DNA from: a virus
Virus record (IMG/VR): IMGVR_UViG_3300009104_000002
Span: 96,001-160,000 of that record
Strand: one strand, 5' to 3'
Length of the DNA stretch: 64,000 nucleotides
Shown here: piece by piece, positions 19,974-29,226 of the stretch
How positions within the stretch are numbered: the first letter of the stretch is position 1
Layout: the number at the start of each line of letters is the position of its first letter
The notes under the pieces: generated by a model
Databases searched by the model: none
Told to the model about the DNA's origin: nothing
Seen by the model: the letters and a program-made list of their open reading frames with translations, nothing else
Made by a program: the position numbers and the translations under genes

Positions 19974-20381
19974 TTAATCTGTTAATCCTGCGCCAGTTAG
20001 GGCAAACATTTCCGTTGATCGTATGCCCGTTAAATCCGCTACCAACTCGAATGAACCGTCCGTTCCAGCGGTGTCCAAAGAAATATAAATCTCCTTACAT
20101 TTACTGTTTAGGGTGATATTATCTCCCTTATTTGACAGGGTAAAATAGTGATGACCACTAATAACACTAGCGGTCGCTGATGAATTAAAGTGTACTCGGA
20201 TTGCTATACTTCCAGAGGTGTTTGAAATAAGAATGTTTTTTGTCACATTTGGAAATTCTACTTTAATTTCCCCGTTGTTTGGTCCTGCGCCATCCAAAAC
20301 CGATCCTGTCAAGTATGGAGTTCCACCAACTTGATAGGAACCGACATTTTGTAGCCCAGCCTTATATTGATAAATTGACAT
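19974..20381 (-). CDS. hypothetical, probable small virion (head decoration-type) beta protein
   Basis: AAGGAG SD; 135-aa Gly/Ser-rich beta-type sequence in the head module. Confidence 0.6.
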   Translation of the reverse strand: MSIYQYKAGLQNVGSYQVGGTPYLTGSVLDGAGPNNGEIKVEFPNVTKNILISNTSGSIAIRVHFNSSATASVISGHHYFTLSNKGDNITLNSKCKEIYISLDTAGTDGSFELVADLTGIRSTEMFALTGAGLTD

Positions 20382-20402
20382 TTATTGAACTCCTTGCATC
20401 TT

Positions 20403-20411
20403 ATAATTAGT
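20403..20411 (-). promoter_or_regulatory. motif variant ACTAATTAT
   Basis: intergenic, ~22 nt upstream of ATG 20381. Confidence 0.5.
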
Positions 20412-20432
20412 TTAAAGTTTTACAAACCTTAC

Positions 20433-20714
20433 TTATCTTTTATTTCTTTTTTTATTTTTCTTTTTGGCTTCTGCCAAAGTGGGGCCGGCCTCCCTCTTCT
20501 TTTCTTCTTCTAAAAGTTTTTGTAAAACCCTAACTCTCTTCTTTGCGGCCTTTCTTTTTTTTGTGGATGGCTTCTCATAATATATATTTTCACGAACTTT
20601 TTCCATGATTTTATTTTTTTTACATTTTCTTATAAATCTTTTAATCATTCTTTGCTGTGTATCGTTCCTGCCGCGCGGCCTTACTGACACATTTACTGGG
20701 TGTTTTTTTGACAT
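20433..20714 (-). CDS. rpsU: phage-encoded 30S ribosomal protein bS21
   Basis: V.V...DT..RMIKRFIRKCKK..IMEKVRENIYYEKPSTKKRKAAK matches the bS21 pattern (ALRRFKR...EKPS..RK); GGAG SD. Confidence 0.88.
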   Translation of the reverse strand: MSKKHPVNVSVRPRGRNDTQQRMIKRFIRKCKKNKIMEKVRENIYYEKPSTKKRKAAKKRVRVLQKLLEEEKKREAGPTLAEAKKKNKKRNKR

Positions 20715-20724
20715 TTTATCTCCG

Positions 20725-21315
20725 TTACAAATCTAAATAGGGTTGAGCAGCATTTTTTGCCGATGTTTCATCATTTGCGGCTAAAACAGCACTAATATAG
20801 GCTTGTGCTAATGCCCTTTCTGTGAAAACTGCTGCTGAAACCGTTCCCATAATAGCCGATAAGTCGGCACTATCAACAATGGCATAAGTCCCTCGCTCAT
20901 CGTTTGTTGTCACCTCAAATGGATAAGTAACCAAACCTCTCGAATCAAGGCTTGATAATTTTGACCAGTTGTCTTGACTCTTGGTTGAGCAAGAAAAATA
21001 ATTTCCACTTGATGGCGGGTATTCCGCAAGAACATCATTTTCAAGCCTATCGTTATCTCGTTTGTTCTTTATTTGATCAACCAGATTATCTTGATATGCT
21101 GGCAAACCAGAGTGGGCTGCGACGACAGCATCACACTGAGACTGTTCGGCTACGCTTGGGGTGGCTACAAAAAGAAGAGCAAAGTTGTCTCCACTTGTAT
21201 TCACGCCCTCAAAATCTGTAGTTATAAGTGGGTCGGCAACAATCTGTTGGCCCAAGGATACCGGATCTAGGGTCCCATCGGATGTATCCGCTGTTGTGTA
21301 ATTAGGAAATGACAT
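20725..21315 (-). CDS. DUF4376-like tail-fibre-associated protein
   Basis: QIKNKRDNDRL...YFSCSTKSQDNW pattern; last gene of a fibre block; TAATG overlap. Confidence 0.5.
   Translation of the reverse strand: MSFPNYTTADTSDGTLDPVSLGQQIVADPLITTDFEGVNTSGDNFALLFVATPSVAEQSQCDAVVAAHSGLPAYQDNLVDQIKNKRDNDRLENDVLAEYPPSSGNYFSCSTKSQDNWSKLSSLDSRGLVTYPFEVTTNDERGTYAIVDSADLSAIMGTVSAAVFTERALAQAYISAVLAANDETSAKNAAQPYLDL
20733..20741 (-). promoter_or_regulatory. motif variant CCTATTTAG inside the 3' end of the upstream gene, 19 nt before bS21
   Basis: same core as the intergenic motif and same spacing to the RBS; lies in coding DNA, so it could be chance. Confidence 0.35.
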
Positions 21316-22352
21316 TAACTAACCCTCCAAATCTCAATTCTTGCATCTTGAATTCCTGCTGTATTTCCACCTTGCTGTCTCCACTGAATCTCAAAAGACT
21401 TGGCGGCTCCAGAAAATACAACTTCGGCGAATCCGCCGACCGCTATCCTATTGGACGAATCTTTAGGCTCTTGAACTTGAAGGACTCCGACAACGGCAGC
21501 ATCGGTTGTATTATATAATTGAACCCAGCACTTATCCTGAGCATTGCTTTGGTCAACGACGGCGTGCCACCCAACTCGGTATGTTCCAGTCAACGACGGT
21601 GTCGTTAAGGTGACTTTTGTTTGAAATGTGGTTGAGGTAGTGGTATCTCTTGCGACAGAGATTGCTGTTTGGTAATCTTGTCCAAAAGTTCCGCCAGCAG
21701 ACCCATTAGAGGCCGCAGTCAATCTACCTTGGGCATCAACAGTAATATCAGCCGAAGTATACGATCCTGCGGAGACAGCCGTGGTAGATAAGCTGGGGTT
21801 TGGATATGTTCCCGTAAGATCGCCACCTGCGCTTCCGTTTGGTGGGCGACTGGCCGAAGAATCGTCTAAAGTTGCATCGGAGATTGCCGTATTTAGCTCG
21901 GCCAAAGTTCCGGCGCCAAGGTTTCCAACGTCTGTTGCGTGAGGATTTGCTGTGTCTGATGGATGCGAGCCAATAGTTGCTGCTACTGTTCCACCAACGG
22001 TCGCGACACTTGGATTCGGGTATGTTCCAGAAAGATCTCCGGCGGCGGCAGAGCCAGAAATTATAACATCTGGAAGTTCCGCGCTCTCTTCTGGAGTTGG
22101 CATGTTTGCCCATGAATAATCTGTGTCTACAATCTTGACAAATCCGGTTTGAGGGGAAGTCAAAGTAATTGTTAGGGAGTTTCTCGGATCTCCCGAGTCT
22201 AACTGAATAGAGGAAATGAGTTCCGAACTGTCTGCTGATCCGTCAATAGTGACTATAACACCCATCTGATATCTATCAAGAGAGTGATTAACCGTGATTG
22301 TATCAGTTGCTGCGAATTCTTGAGAAAATAGTAATTTGAAATTTCCAGCCAT
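21315..22352 (-). CDS. fibre-like structural protein
   Basis: two AxGDLxGTYPNP repeats; AGSYTSADITVDAQGRLTAASNG fibre motif; C-terminal jelly-roll-like domain. Confidence 0.7.
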   Translation of the reverse strand: MAGNFKLLFSQEFAATDTITVNHSLDRYQMGVIVTIDGSADSSELISSIQLDSGDPRNSLTITLTSPQTGFVKIVDTDYSWANMPTPEESAELPDVIISGSAAAGDLSGTYPNPSVATVGGTVAATIGSHPSDTANPHATDVGNLGAGTLAELNTAISDATLDDSSASRPPNGSAGGDLTGTYPNPSLSTTAVSAGSYTSADITVDAQGRLTAASNGSAGGTFGQDYQTAISVARDTTTSTTFQTKVTLTTPSLTGTYRVGWHAVVDQSNAQDKCWVQLYNTTDAAVVGVLQVQEPKDSSNRIAVGGFAEVVFSGAAKSFEIQWRQQGGNTAGIQDARIEIWRVS

Positions 22353-25300
22353 TAAATTGCCTTTCCTTCTGTAAATTTATGTCCTTCGACGATAATTGCC
22401 CAAATGGCAACATTATAGTTTGGAGTTCCGTCGTCGTCTAATTCGAAACGGATTGCAATTATATCGTCCTCATAATATTCCTCAATGGATAATGATTCAT
22501 ATTCTATAGAAAAGATTCTATTACTGAGATCATCAGTGGCGGCGGCGCCATCGGGCTGCATAGATAAAGATAGTGCGAGAGGGGCGGCCTTCGAGGTTAA
22601 AGTCTCTGTGTTGTCAAATTGGCGAGCAGTGGGAACCTTGCCTCCAGCGGGGTCCGCAACTTCTACCCCCGTGACCCCAAGTGGCATAGCAGATAAAATT
22701 CCGGTTGGGAAAGTAGTTACTCCAGTTGCGTTGTCCAGAGAATATAAGACCTTAAAAGTCAAAGGGAATGATGTGTTGATTCCAGACGGGAGTGCAAATT
22801 GAGTATAAATTGCATCACCATTCTGGTTTAAGAGGGAGTTCGGCATGTTGTGGGTCCAAGCATTTGGGGACACACCCGAACCAACTGAAATATCTGCTGT
22901 GACCACTCCACCCGTTTCTCCGAATATATTGCCGGCGCCTACAAGAGTCTGTTTCCACGCTGCTGAACCATGCGATTGTCTAACCCCTTCCGCGCTAACC
23001 ATGAAGTGGGAAGGCGTAAGCCACCAGCGCTCGAAAGTTGGAAGGCTGGCAGATGTTGTTATTCTGCATCTTGACCAATAAGCGTCTATGCCGTCAACCG
23101 AGGAAGTTGCCCAAGTTGTGCTTGGTGTTGTGCCAAGTCTTGTAAATTCTTTACTTGAAGATCTCATGAACGGATTGTTTGCGTATCTATATCCCTCCCC
23201 CAAGGACGTACACATGTAATCAATATCTGTCCAAGCTGTGCCATTCCAAATTTCGAAAGCATACGCGCCGGTGAGGGAGCCGACCGTGGTGTCAACGAGG
23301 GTTCCGAAATTCTTCACCAGCTCACCGTCAGAGGTCTTCCGGAGTGATCCATAATAAATACAATGATCTACTGCTCCACCCTCAAAAGTGAATGTTGAAT
23401 CAGCCAACGAAGAAGCCGTGGTTGATACATCGGTGACATTACCAACAGTTGTGGAAGTGTCTGTTCCGTCGCTCGTATAAACCTTGGTATTTATTCCATA
23501 CGAGGCGCCCTTGCCAGCCATCAGGCCAGCACCCTTTTCTGGGAAGCCGGCGATAAAATCGACACCAAGGAGTCTGGCTGCACCCAAATAGTTATCCCCT
23601 TTCTTTTGGGAATAGAATGCCTCGAATTGAGTGTCTAGGCCAGAGGGTGGGAAAAAATATGTTGGAACTATATTGGCGTTTATTAGATCAATGCTAGTTG
23701 CGCTTGTCCAAGTTGTGCCAAGATCCATCTTGACTGTATATGTTGATGGTTCAATTTTTCCACCATTTATTTCTACCGAAACACCGTCTTGCAGGAGGTT
23801 CATGCCATTTTGGACATTGAACCAATTGACGTTTAAACAAACCGCAGTTGCCGAACCAGAAACTGTTAGTGTGTTTACAACATTCGGGTTTCCGGCGTTA
23901 AAATTGATAAGTTGGGCCCGCCCAGAACCCTCTGCTATTGCCACATTTTCTATGACACCTGTGGCTCCGGGAACGTGTATTGACTCGAAAGCCATGACTC
24001 CCTGATCCACTCTTATAACAGAATTTAATCCACCCACAGCTAGTCTAACTTCCGCGCCGATGACCTTTCCCGTGCCCGTCTTTACAAAGCCGTCCCCAAG
24101 ACCAGAGGCGCCATCGCCGGCATAAGCCAAAGAATAGGCCTGCATTGTGCCACCCGTGCCAGTGAACCTAATTCCGGCGTTGCCAGATCCGGTTGGAACA
24201 TGGATGGTGAATCCCTCAACCCAAGTATCATCAACTGTCGCAATGATGTCGGTTGCCGACGATGTTATGCCCAAAGAGGTTTGAGTGTATCCGGCAGGAG
24301 CCAACAGGGCACGGCCGGTGGGGAGAGACAGACCGGATTCTGGATAGTCTCCAGGACCAACATAGATGACATCTCCGGATAAAGAGTCGGTAATCGCCGC
24401 GCCGACTGTCAAATAGGGAAGCGATTCATTTCCTCTTGTTGCGGTTCCATCATTTCCATTGACGCTATCGACAAAGAGAGAGTTGCCAACCAAAAGAGAT
24501 GCATTTACGTTTGTTAAATTTGAACCGTCACCGTAGAAAAATGATCCTGAGATGTTTCCTGAGCCAGAGATGTCTCCCGTGACCGTTAGTGTGTCTGTTG
24601 TCTTATTCCATGTAAATTCCGCATCTCCATTAAAAACACCGCCATCATTAAATTGGATTTGCGTGTCTAAACCACCCGGAGATCCTGCTGGAAGATTTGT
24701 TAAATTTGATCCGTCGCCATATAAGAAACTGGCAGATACAAGGGAGCTTGCTGTTACGTTTGTCACGCTAATCGTAGCTGGCAATCTTGCGTTGTCGAGA
24801 GTTCCCGCTGAAATGTTTGACGCATTTAGATCTGTTAAATTTGCGCCTCCACCATAAAAGTCAGAGCCCGAGATGTTTCCAGAGCCGCTTACTCCGCCGA
24901 GAGTTAGAATGTTGTTTAGTTTGTCCCAAGTAAATTCTGTGTCTGATGCAAATTTACCCGCTTCCTTATATTGAACCTGTGTGTCTGATCCTGCTGCAAT
25001 TCCGGTTAAATTCGATCCATCTCCGTAAAAAGAACTTGCGGAGACGAGAGTGCTCGCAGTTACGTTGGTGACACTAATTGTTGCTGGTAGTCTAACATTG
25101 TCTAAGGTTCCTGCCGAAATGTTGGATGCGTTTAGATCTGTTAAATTTGTCCCATTGCCGTAAAAAGCGCTACCTGATATATTAACCGAGGCGCTTATGT
25201 CACCCGTAATGGATAACTGATTTGCTGTTTTATCCCACACAAAATCTGAGTCTGCACCAAAGGCGCCACCGTCGTTAAATTGAATTTCTGTGTTTAGACC

Positions 25301-26281
25301 AGCAGGGTCGGTGGCCACATTTGTTAAGTTTGAGCCGTCACCGTAAAACAAGCTGGCAGAAACCAAATTGCTGGCTGTTATATTTGTTACGCTGATCGTT
25401 GCTGGAAGGTGTGAATTATCGAGAGTTCCTGCGGATATATTGGAGGCGTTTAAATCGGTCAGATTTGAGCCTCCGCCATAGAAATCTGATCCAGAGACAT
25501 TTCCGGAGCCAGATATATCTCCAGTTACAGCCAAAGTTGTGCCATCGAATGTTAAGCTCGCCTCACCCTGGACCGTTGTCGCATCTACAGAGGTGACAAT
25601 TCTGTCATCTCCCGGAGTATCATAGGTTGTAATGGCCGCAGAAGGTAAATTCGTCAACCCAGAGCCATCACCATAGAAGAAGGCGCCCGAAATGTTGGAA
25701 GAAGCTGTGATATTTCCTGTGACTGTGAGGGAATTACTTCCTGTTAGCCAAACAAGGTCTGCGTCTGCTGCGGTCACTCCGTCAGCATTAAACTGAATTT
25801 CTGTATTTGAGCCGGCGGGTGCTGCTGTTGCTGTGACTCCCGTTAGACCAGAACCATCACCATAAAAGAAGGCGCCTGAAACATTTGCAGACGCGGTAAT
25901 GTCGCCTGTTATGGTCAGTGCGCTTGTTGTGTCATTCCAAGTAAAATTAGCATCACCAGCGAAAGCACCTCCGTCATTATATTGAACAGATGTTAAAGGT
26001 GCGCCGGGTGTTGTGGCGCCCCCACCAACGATTGAGCTTGCTGAAAGCGGGCCGTCAATAAAAACTGATCCAGTAAATTGGTGAGTATCGTCAGGAGTAT
26101 CACCGAATTTCGTATTACCGTCCGCATCAATGTGAGTTACGTTTGTATTAATAACGTTGACGTTATATTCATTGGCAGTAATGGTACCGGAAACAACGAG
26201 ATCCCCCTCTATATCGACAGGACCTCCTGTTACAACAAATTCACCACTAACATAATTTCTACTGGGTCTAAATCTTGACAT
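22352..26281 (-). CDS. long fibre/tailspike with repeat shaft and beta-helix-like domain, 1309 aa
   Basis: nine SxxxxYG(D/G/N)GxxLT repeats, five Q(F/Y)N/K..G..F/W repeats, FVDSVNGND...PYLTVGAAI beta-helix start. Confidence 0.75.
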   Translation of the reverse strand: MSRFRPSRNYVSGEFVVTGGPVDIEGDLVVSGTITANEYNVNVINTNVTHIDADGNTKFGDTPDDTHQFTGSVFIDGPLSASSIVGGGATTPGAPLTSVQYNDGGAFAGDANFTWNDTTSALTITGDITASANVSGAFFYGDGSGLTGVTATAAPAGSNTEIQFNADGVTAADADLVWLTGSNSLTVTGNITASSNISGAFFYGDGSGLTNLPSAAITTYDTPGDDRIVTSVDATTVQGEASLTFDGTTLAVTGDISGSGNVSGSDFYGGGSNLTDLNASNISAGTLDNSHLPATISVTNITASNLVSASLFYGDGSNLTNVATDPAGLNTEIQFNDGGAFGADSDFVWDKTANQLSITGDISASVNISGSAFYGNGTNLTDLNASNISAGTLDNVRLPATISVTNVTASTLVSASSFYGDGSNLTGIAAGSDTQVQYKEAGKFASDTEFTWDKLNNILTLGGVSGSGNISGSDFYGGGANLTDLNASNISAGTLDNARLPATISVTNVTASSLVSASFLYGDGSNLTNLPAGSPGGLDTQIQFNDGGVFNGDAEFTWNKTTDTLTVTGDISGSGNISGSFFYGDGSNLTNVNASLLVGNSLFVDSVNGNDGTATRGNESLPYLTVGAAITDSLSGDVIYVGPGDYPESGLSLPTGRALLAPAGYTQTSLGITSSATDIIATVDDTWVEGFTIHVPTGSGNAGIRFTGTGGTMQAYSLAYAGDGASGLGDGFVKTGTGKVIGAEVRLAVGGLNSVIRVDQGVMAFESIHVPGATGVIENVAIAEGSGRAQLINFNAGNPNVVNTLTVSGSATAVCLNVNWFNVQNGMNLLQDGVSVEINGGKIEPSTYTVKMDLGTTWTSATSIDLINANIVPTYFFPPSGLDTQFEAFYSQKKGDNYLGAARLLGVDFIAGFPEKGAGLMAGKGASYGINTKVYTSDGTDTSTTVGNVTDVSTTASSLADSTFTFEGGAVDHCIYYGSLRKTSDGELVKNFGTLVDTTVGSLTGAYAFEIWNGTAWTDIDYMCTSLGEGYRYANNPFMRSSSKEFTRLGTTPSTTWATSSVDGIDAYWSRCRITTSASLPTFERWWLTPSHFMVSAEGVRQSHGSAAWKQTLVGAGNIFGETGGVVTADISVGSGVSPNAWTHNMPNSLLNQNGDAIYTQFALPSGINTSFPLTFKVLYSLDNATGVTTFPTGILSAMPLGVTGVEVADPAGGKVPTARQFDNTETLTSKAAPLALSLSMQPDGAAATDDLSNRIFSIEYESLSIEEYYEDDIIAIRFELDDDGTPNYNVAIWAIIVEGHKFTEGKAI

Positions 26282-27786
26282 TATGGAATAGCTCCTCCGA
26301 GAAGGCCCTCGACGGCGGCCGCCAATCTATCAATTGCATCTTGCGAATCATCTGGGGCAGTTGCTGCCCAATCTCCCGGAGTTCCCGGAGAATAGCGAAT
26401 TTCGTATTCTTTAAATGGTGGATTTGCGCCGCTAATAAAAGTTAAATCTGGCATCGTACTTATATTTGAGGTTCCGCCGTCAGCGGAGACCACATTGATA
26501 CCAAGAGAGCTTGACAGGGAAGAGTTGGGATTATAGAAAACTCTCGCTCCATTTGCTGCCTCGACAGCATAATCTCCCGTAATTGCTCCGTACATTTCTG
26601 GCAAATCAACGACCCCATCGTAATAATCGGATGCTATCGTATTTACCCCAACGGCGCGGGGGCATGTTGTGGAGCCAGTAAACTCAAGAAATCTAAAAAG
26701 TGCCGCATTTGAATCATAAGTCGTTGTGCCATTCACCTGAATGCCATCTGATTCTCTAAACACAACTTCCCCTTGAACAATTAATGATCCTGCACTAAGT
26801 GCCTTAATCAATTGGTTTGATCCGTCCATAACTGTCGATTTAATATAAAGGGCGCCCTGCGTTCCTCCGTTTAGGGCAGTTGTCATTTGAGAATAACATG
26901 TTGTTATATTAACTCTTCCAAAGTTGGCAGATAGTGCCTTCAATATTGAGCCTGGTGCACCAAACTTGCAGCCATTATAAACGATCTTTTGAACACACTT
27001 ATTATAAAGAGTGGTTCCGGCGCCAGCTGCGGGATCTGCATCGAACTCGATATCCCAAAATGTCAACTCTGAAGAAAAGTGAACACTAGGATCTGATGTG
27101 CTTCCGTTTACAGCATCGGGTGGGATGACGAATTTTGTACCAAGGCCCTTAATTGAAAGAGTGTTTGTTCCTGGGAGGCTTGTGGGACCCTGAGAGTGGG
27201 CGATATAAAGTCTGGTGGCAGGGCCAGATGTAGCCTCGTTTGCGTAAATCCAAGCTTTTCGGAAAGGTAAAAATCCATTGTCCCCAATCTCAATCGGGCT
27301 GCCTCGCAAATCGTCTTCTGCGTAAGTGCTCCCAAGAATTGCATCGATAATCGAGCCATCTGCTTTCGAGGAAGAAACTGTCGTCCAGGTGCCAGCGTCA
27401 AGACTTGATGTTGTACCATAGAAGATGGCATTATGGGCTTGAAAATTTAAAGGAAGGGTATAGTCGCCCTGTGCGCAGTAGACAGAAACAGCCTGATAAG
27501 TGCCCCCCGAATCGTAAAGCTCAATTCCAGTTGGTATTCTTTCCAATACCTTCTTTAGTGTTTTCAGGGCACTACCAGAGGTTAGGCCATCATTTTTATC
27601 ACTTCCAGATGAAGAATCGACATATAAGTTGAGTGTTTCTCCAACTTCTCCGCCGTAGCCCAGACCATCGCCTCCGTCGTCAAGCAAATAGCGGCGGACG
27701 CCTTCAATATTTTTTGAGACATCCAAATCTCCATCTATCGTGGAGTCCCCAGATATTCTACTCCTACTTGGCCTATATCTTGACAT
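26281..27786 (-). CDS. tailspike/pectin-lyase-fold-like structural protein
   Basis: LYVDSSSGSDKNDGL...LKTLKK motif; C-terminal YSPGTPGDW..APDDSQDAIDRLA fibre motif. Confidence 0.65.
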   Translation of the reverse strand: MSRYRPSRSRISGDSTIDGDLDVSKNIEGVRRYLLDDGGDGLGYGGEVGETLNLYVDSSSGSDKNDGLTSGSALKTLKKVLERIPTGIELYDSGGTYQAVSVYCAQGDYTLPLNFQAHNAIFYGTTSSLDAGTWTTVSSSKADGSIIDAILGSTYAEDDLRGSPIEIGDNGFLPFRKAWIYANEATSGPATRLYIAHSQGPTSLPGTNTLSIKGLGTKFVIPPDAVNGSTSDPSVHFSSELTFWDIEFDADPAAGAGTTLYNKCVQKIVYNGCKFGAPGSILKALSANFGRVNITTCYSQMTTALNGGTQGALYIKSTVMDGSNQLIKALSAGSLIVQGEVVFRESDGIQVNGTTTYDSNAALFRFLEFTGSTTCPRAVGVNTIASDYYDGVVDLPEMYGAITGDYAVEAANGARVFYNPNSSLSSSLGINVVSADGGTSNISTMPDLTFISGANPPFKEYEIRYSPGTPGDWAATAPDDSQDAIDRLAAAVEGLLGGAIP

Positions 27787-27801
27787 ATTTCTTCCCTCTC
27801 A

Positions 27802-27810
27802 ATAAATAGT
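27802..27810 (-). promoter_or_regulatory. putative late promoter ACTATTTAT
   Basis: exact motif in a 36-nt gap, followed by GAGAGGGA SD. Confidence 0.65.
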
Positions 27811-27822
27811 CAAAAAAATAAA

Positions 27823-28245
27823 CTAAATCATGTTTTTCCAATTGTTTCCGCCGGCAATTGCCATAATTCCACTTATATCAACGCCGGGATCATCTGGAGA
27901 ATAATTTGATAGTGGGCCATTGCTTGTTTTTTGGCCTGGGGATCCGGGCCTCTTGATGGGTTCAACGTTTTCGAATATTCCCGCAAAACCACCACCGAGT
28001 GATTCTTCTAATTTTCTTTTTTTCGCACTCATGGATTGCCGAGCCTCTTCTTGAAGCTCGACTCGCTGTCTTGAGAAGTCGCGTTCTGGCTCTGGCGTCT
28101 TGGCTTCAACAATCGTTTGCTGGGAGCCAATACCAACTGCCACCTCTTTGATTAAATTTGACAAAACTCCCTCTTCAAAAATGACTTCTTTGATGCATTG
28201 CTTAATGAGGGGTTTTAAAATTTTTTGTAGTTCTTGTTTTTTCAT
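27823..28245 (-). CDS. hypothetical, possible prohead core/internal protein
   Basis: ATGA overlap with the protease gene; N-terminal KQELQKILKPLIKQCIKE helix; several (I/L)xE motifs. Confidence 0.65.
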   Translation of the reverse strand: MKKQELQKILKPLIKQCIKEVIFEEGVLSNLIKEVAVGIGSQQTIVEAKTPEPERDFSRQRVELQEEARQSMSAKKRKLEESLGGGFAGIFENVEPIKRPGSPGQKTSNGPLSNYSPDDPGVDISGIMAIAGGNNWKNMI

Positions 28246-28856
28246 TTATTATCCAAAATATTGTTCAAGGCACGATTAATCCTATCGGCTTTAGTAAAAA
28301 TGTTTGGCTCTTTATATTGCTTGCCTTCCTGCAAATTCATAAATGCATTTGGCGTGCTTGGCTCTGAGACAAAATCAAAGCAAATAAGCTGAAAATCATC
28401 TTCGACCATTGTTCCCTGTTGTCCTTCTGTGACCGAACCAAGTCCTCGCGAAGAAATACCCAATTGAACTCCCGATTCAACGAGGGATCTCAAAATCCCT
28501 CCGGATGGAGTATCGAGAATTTTAACTGTTCCCATAACTTTTGGGCCATCTGCCCAGATATTTGTAACCATGTGGCTTGCATTTTTTAGATTAATAACGG
28601 AATCGTCTGGATGATCCAGCTCGCCCAGGGCACGCCGCTCTTTGACAAGTTTTTGATATGTTTTTATCTCTCTCATAAGAGTTTGCATAGGATAAATTCT
28701 CCCATTACCATTCGGAGTCTCAGCTAGCTGCATTAACCCAGTAAGATACATGGAATTATTTTCTGTGATATCTCTCTTTTCTGCCTCTGTCAGAAGATCT
28801 TGGCAGATGCCCCCTTCGCAGAGAGCGTAGTATTCTCTTAGTAAAATTTTACTCAT
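28242..28856 (-). CDS. gp21: prohead core protease, T4 gp21 family
   Basis: RALGELDHP (His) and LGISSRGLGS (Ser) catalytic motifs; FDFVSEPSTPNA. Confidence 0.95.
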   Translation of the reverse strand: MSKILLREYYALCEGGICQDLLTEAEKRDITENNSMYLTGLMQLAETPNGNGRIYPMQTLMREIKTYQKLVKERRALGELDHPDDSVINLKNASHMVTNIWADGPKVMGTVKILDTPSGGILRSLVESGVQLGISSRGLGSVTEGQQGTMVEDDFQLICFDFVSEPSTPNAFMNLQEGKQYKEPNIFTKADRINRALNNILDNK

Positions 28857-28878
28857 TTTCTCCCCTCCCTAAAAGTAG

Positions 28879-28932
28879 TCAACAACCGTTTTTGCAGCGG
28901 CGGACGTTTTGAAGCATATATCTTTTAAGCAT
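28879..28932 (-). CDS. 17-aa micro-ORF MLKRYMLQNVRRCKNGC (absent from the ORF track)
   Basis: GGAGGTG SD 5 nt upstream; fills the gap before the protease gene; in frame directly after the TAA of the upstream gene. Confidence 0.5.
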   Translation of the reverse strand: MLKRYMLQNVRRCKNGC

Positions 28933-29226
28933 TTAATCACCTCCCTTGTTTTGGATTTTGATGCCACAGTCGTCAAAGACCATGTTTAGTATATATGATG
29001 TCCCTGAACTTAGCCAGCCGCAAATTAAAAAATTCACGGGCGTTAATTCATAAGTAAATAGTTCGGTAAAAGGATTAACGCCGCATAAAAAGACACCAAC
29101 CCAAAATCCCACACACATAGGGCAAGTCCAAAAATAACCACTTGGCCTTATCTTGGCAAAAACTTTTCCGTAACAAAGAAGTTGAGTCAAGCCGTAGGCT
29201 GTTAGGATAAAATAAAAAAGACTCAC
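28933..29226 (-). CDS. small membrane protein, DUF1360-like
   Basis: hydrophobic helices with CPMCVGFWVG; GTG start at 29226 overlapping the upstream TAG (TAGTG). Confidence 0.6.
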   Translation of the reverse strand: MSLFYFILTAYGLTQLLCYGKVFAKIRPSGYFWTCPMCVGFWVGVFLCGVNPFTELFTYELTPVNFLICGWLSSGTSYILNMVFDDCGIKIQNKGGD

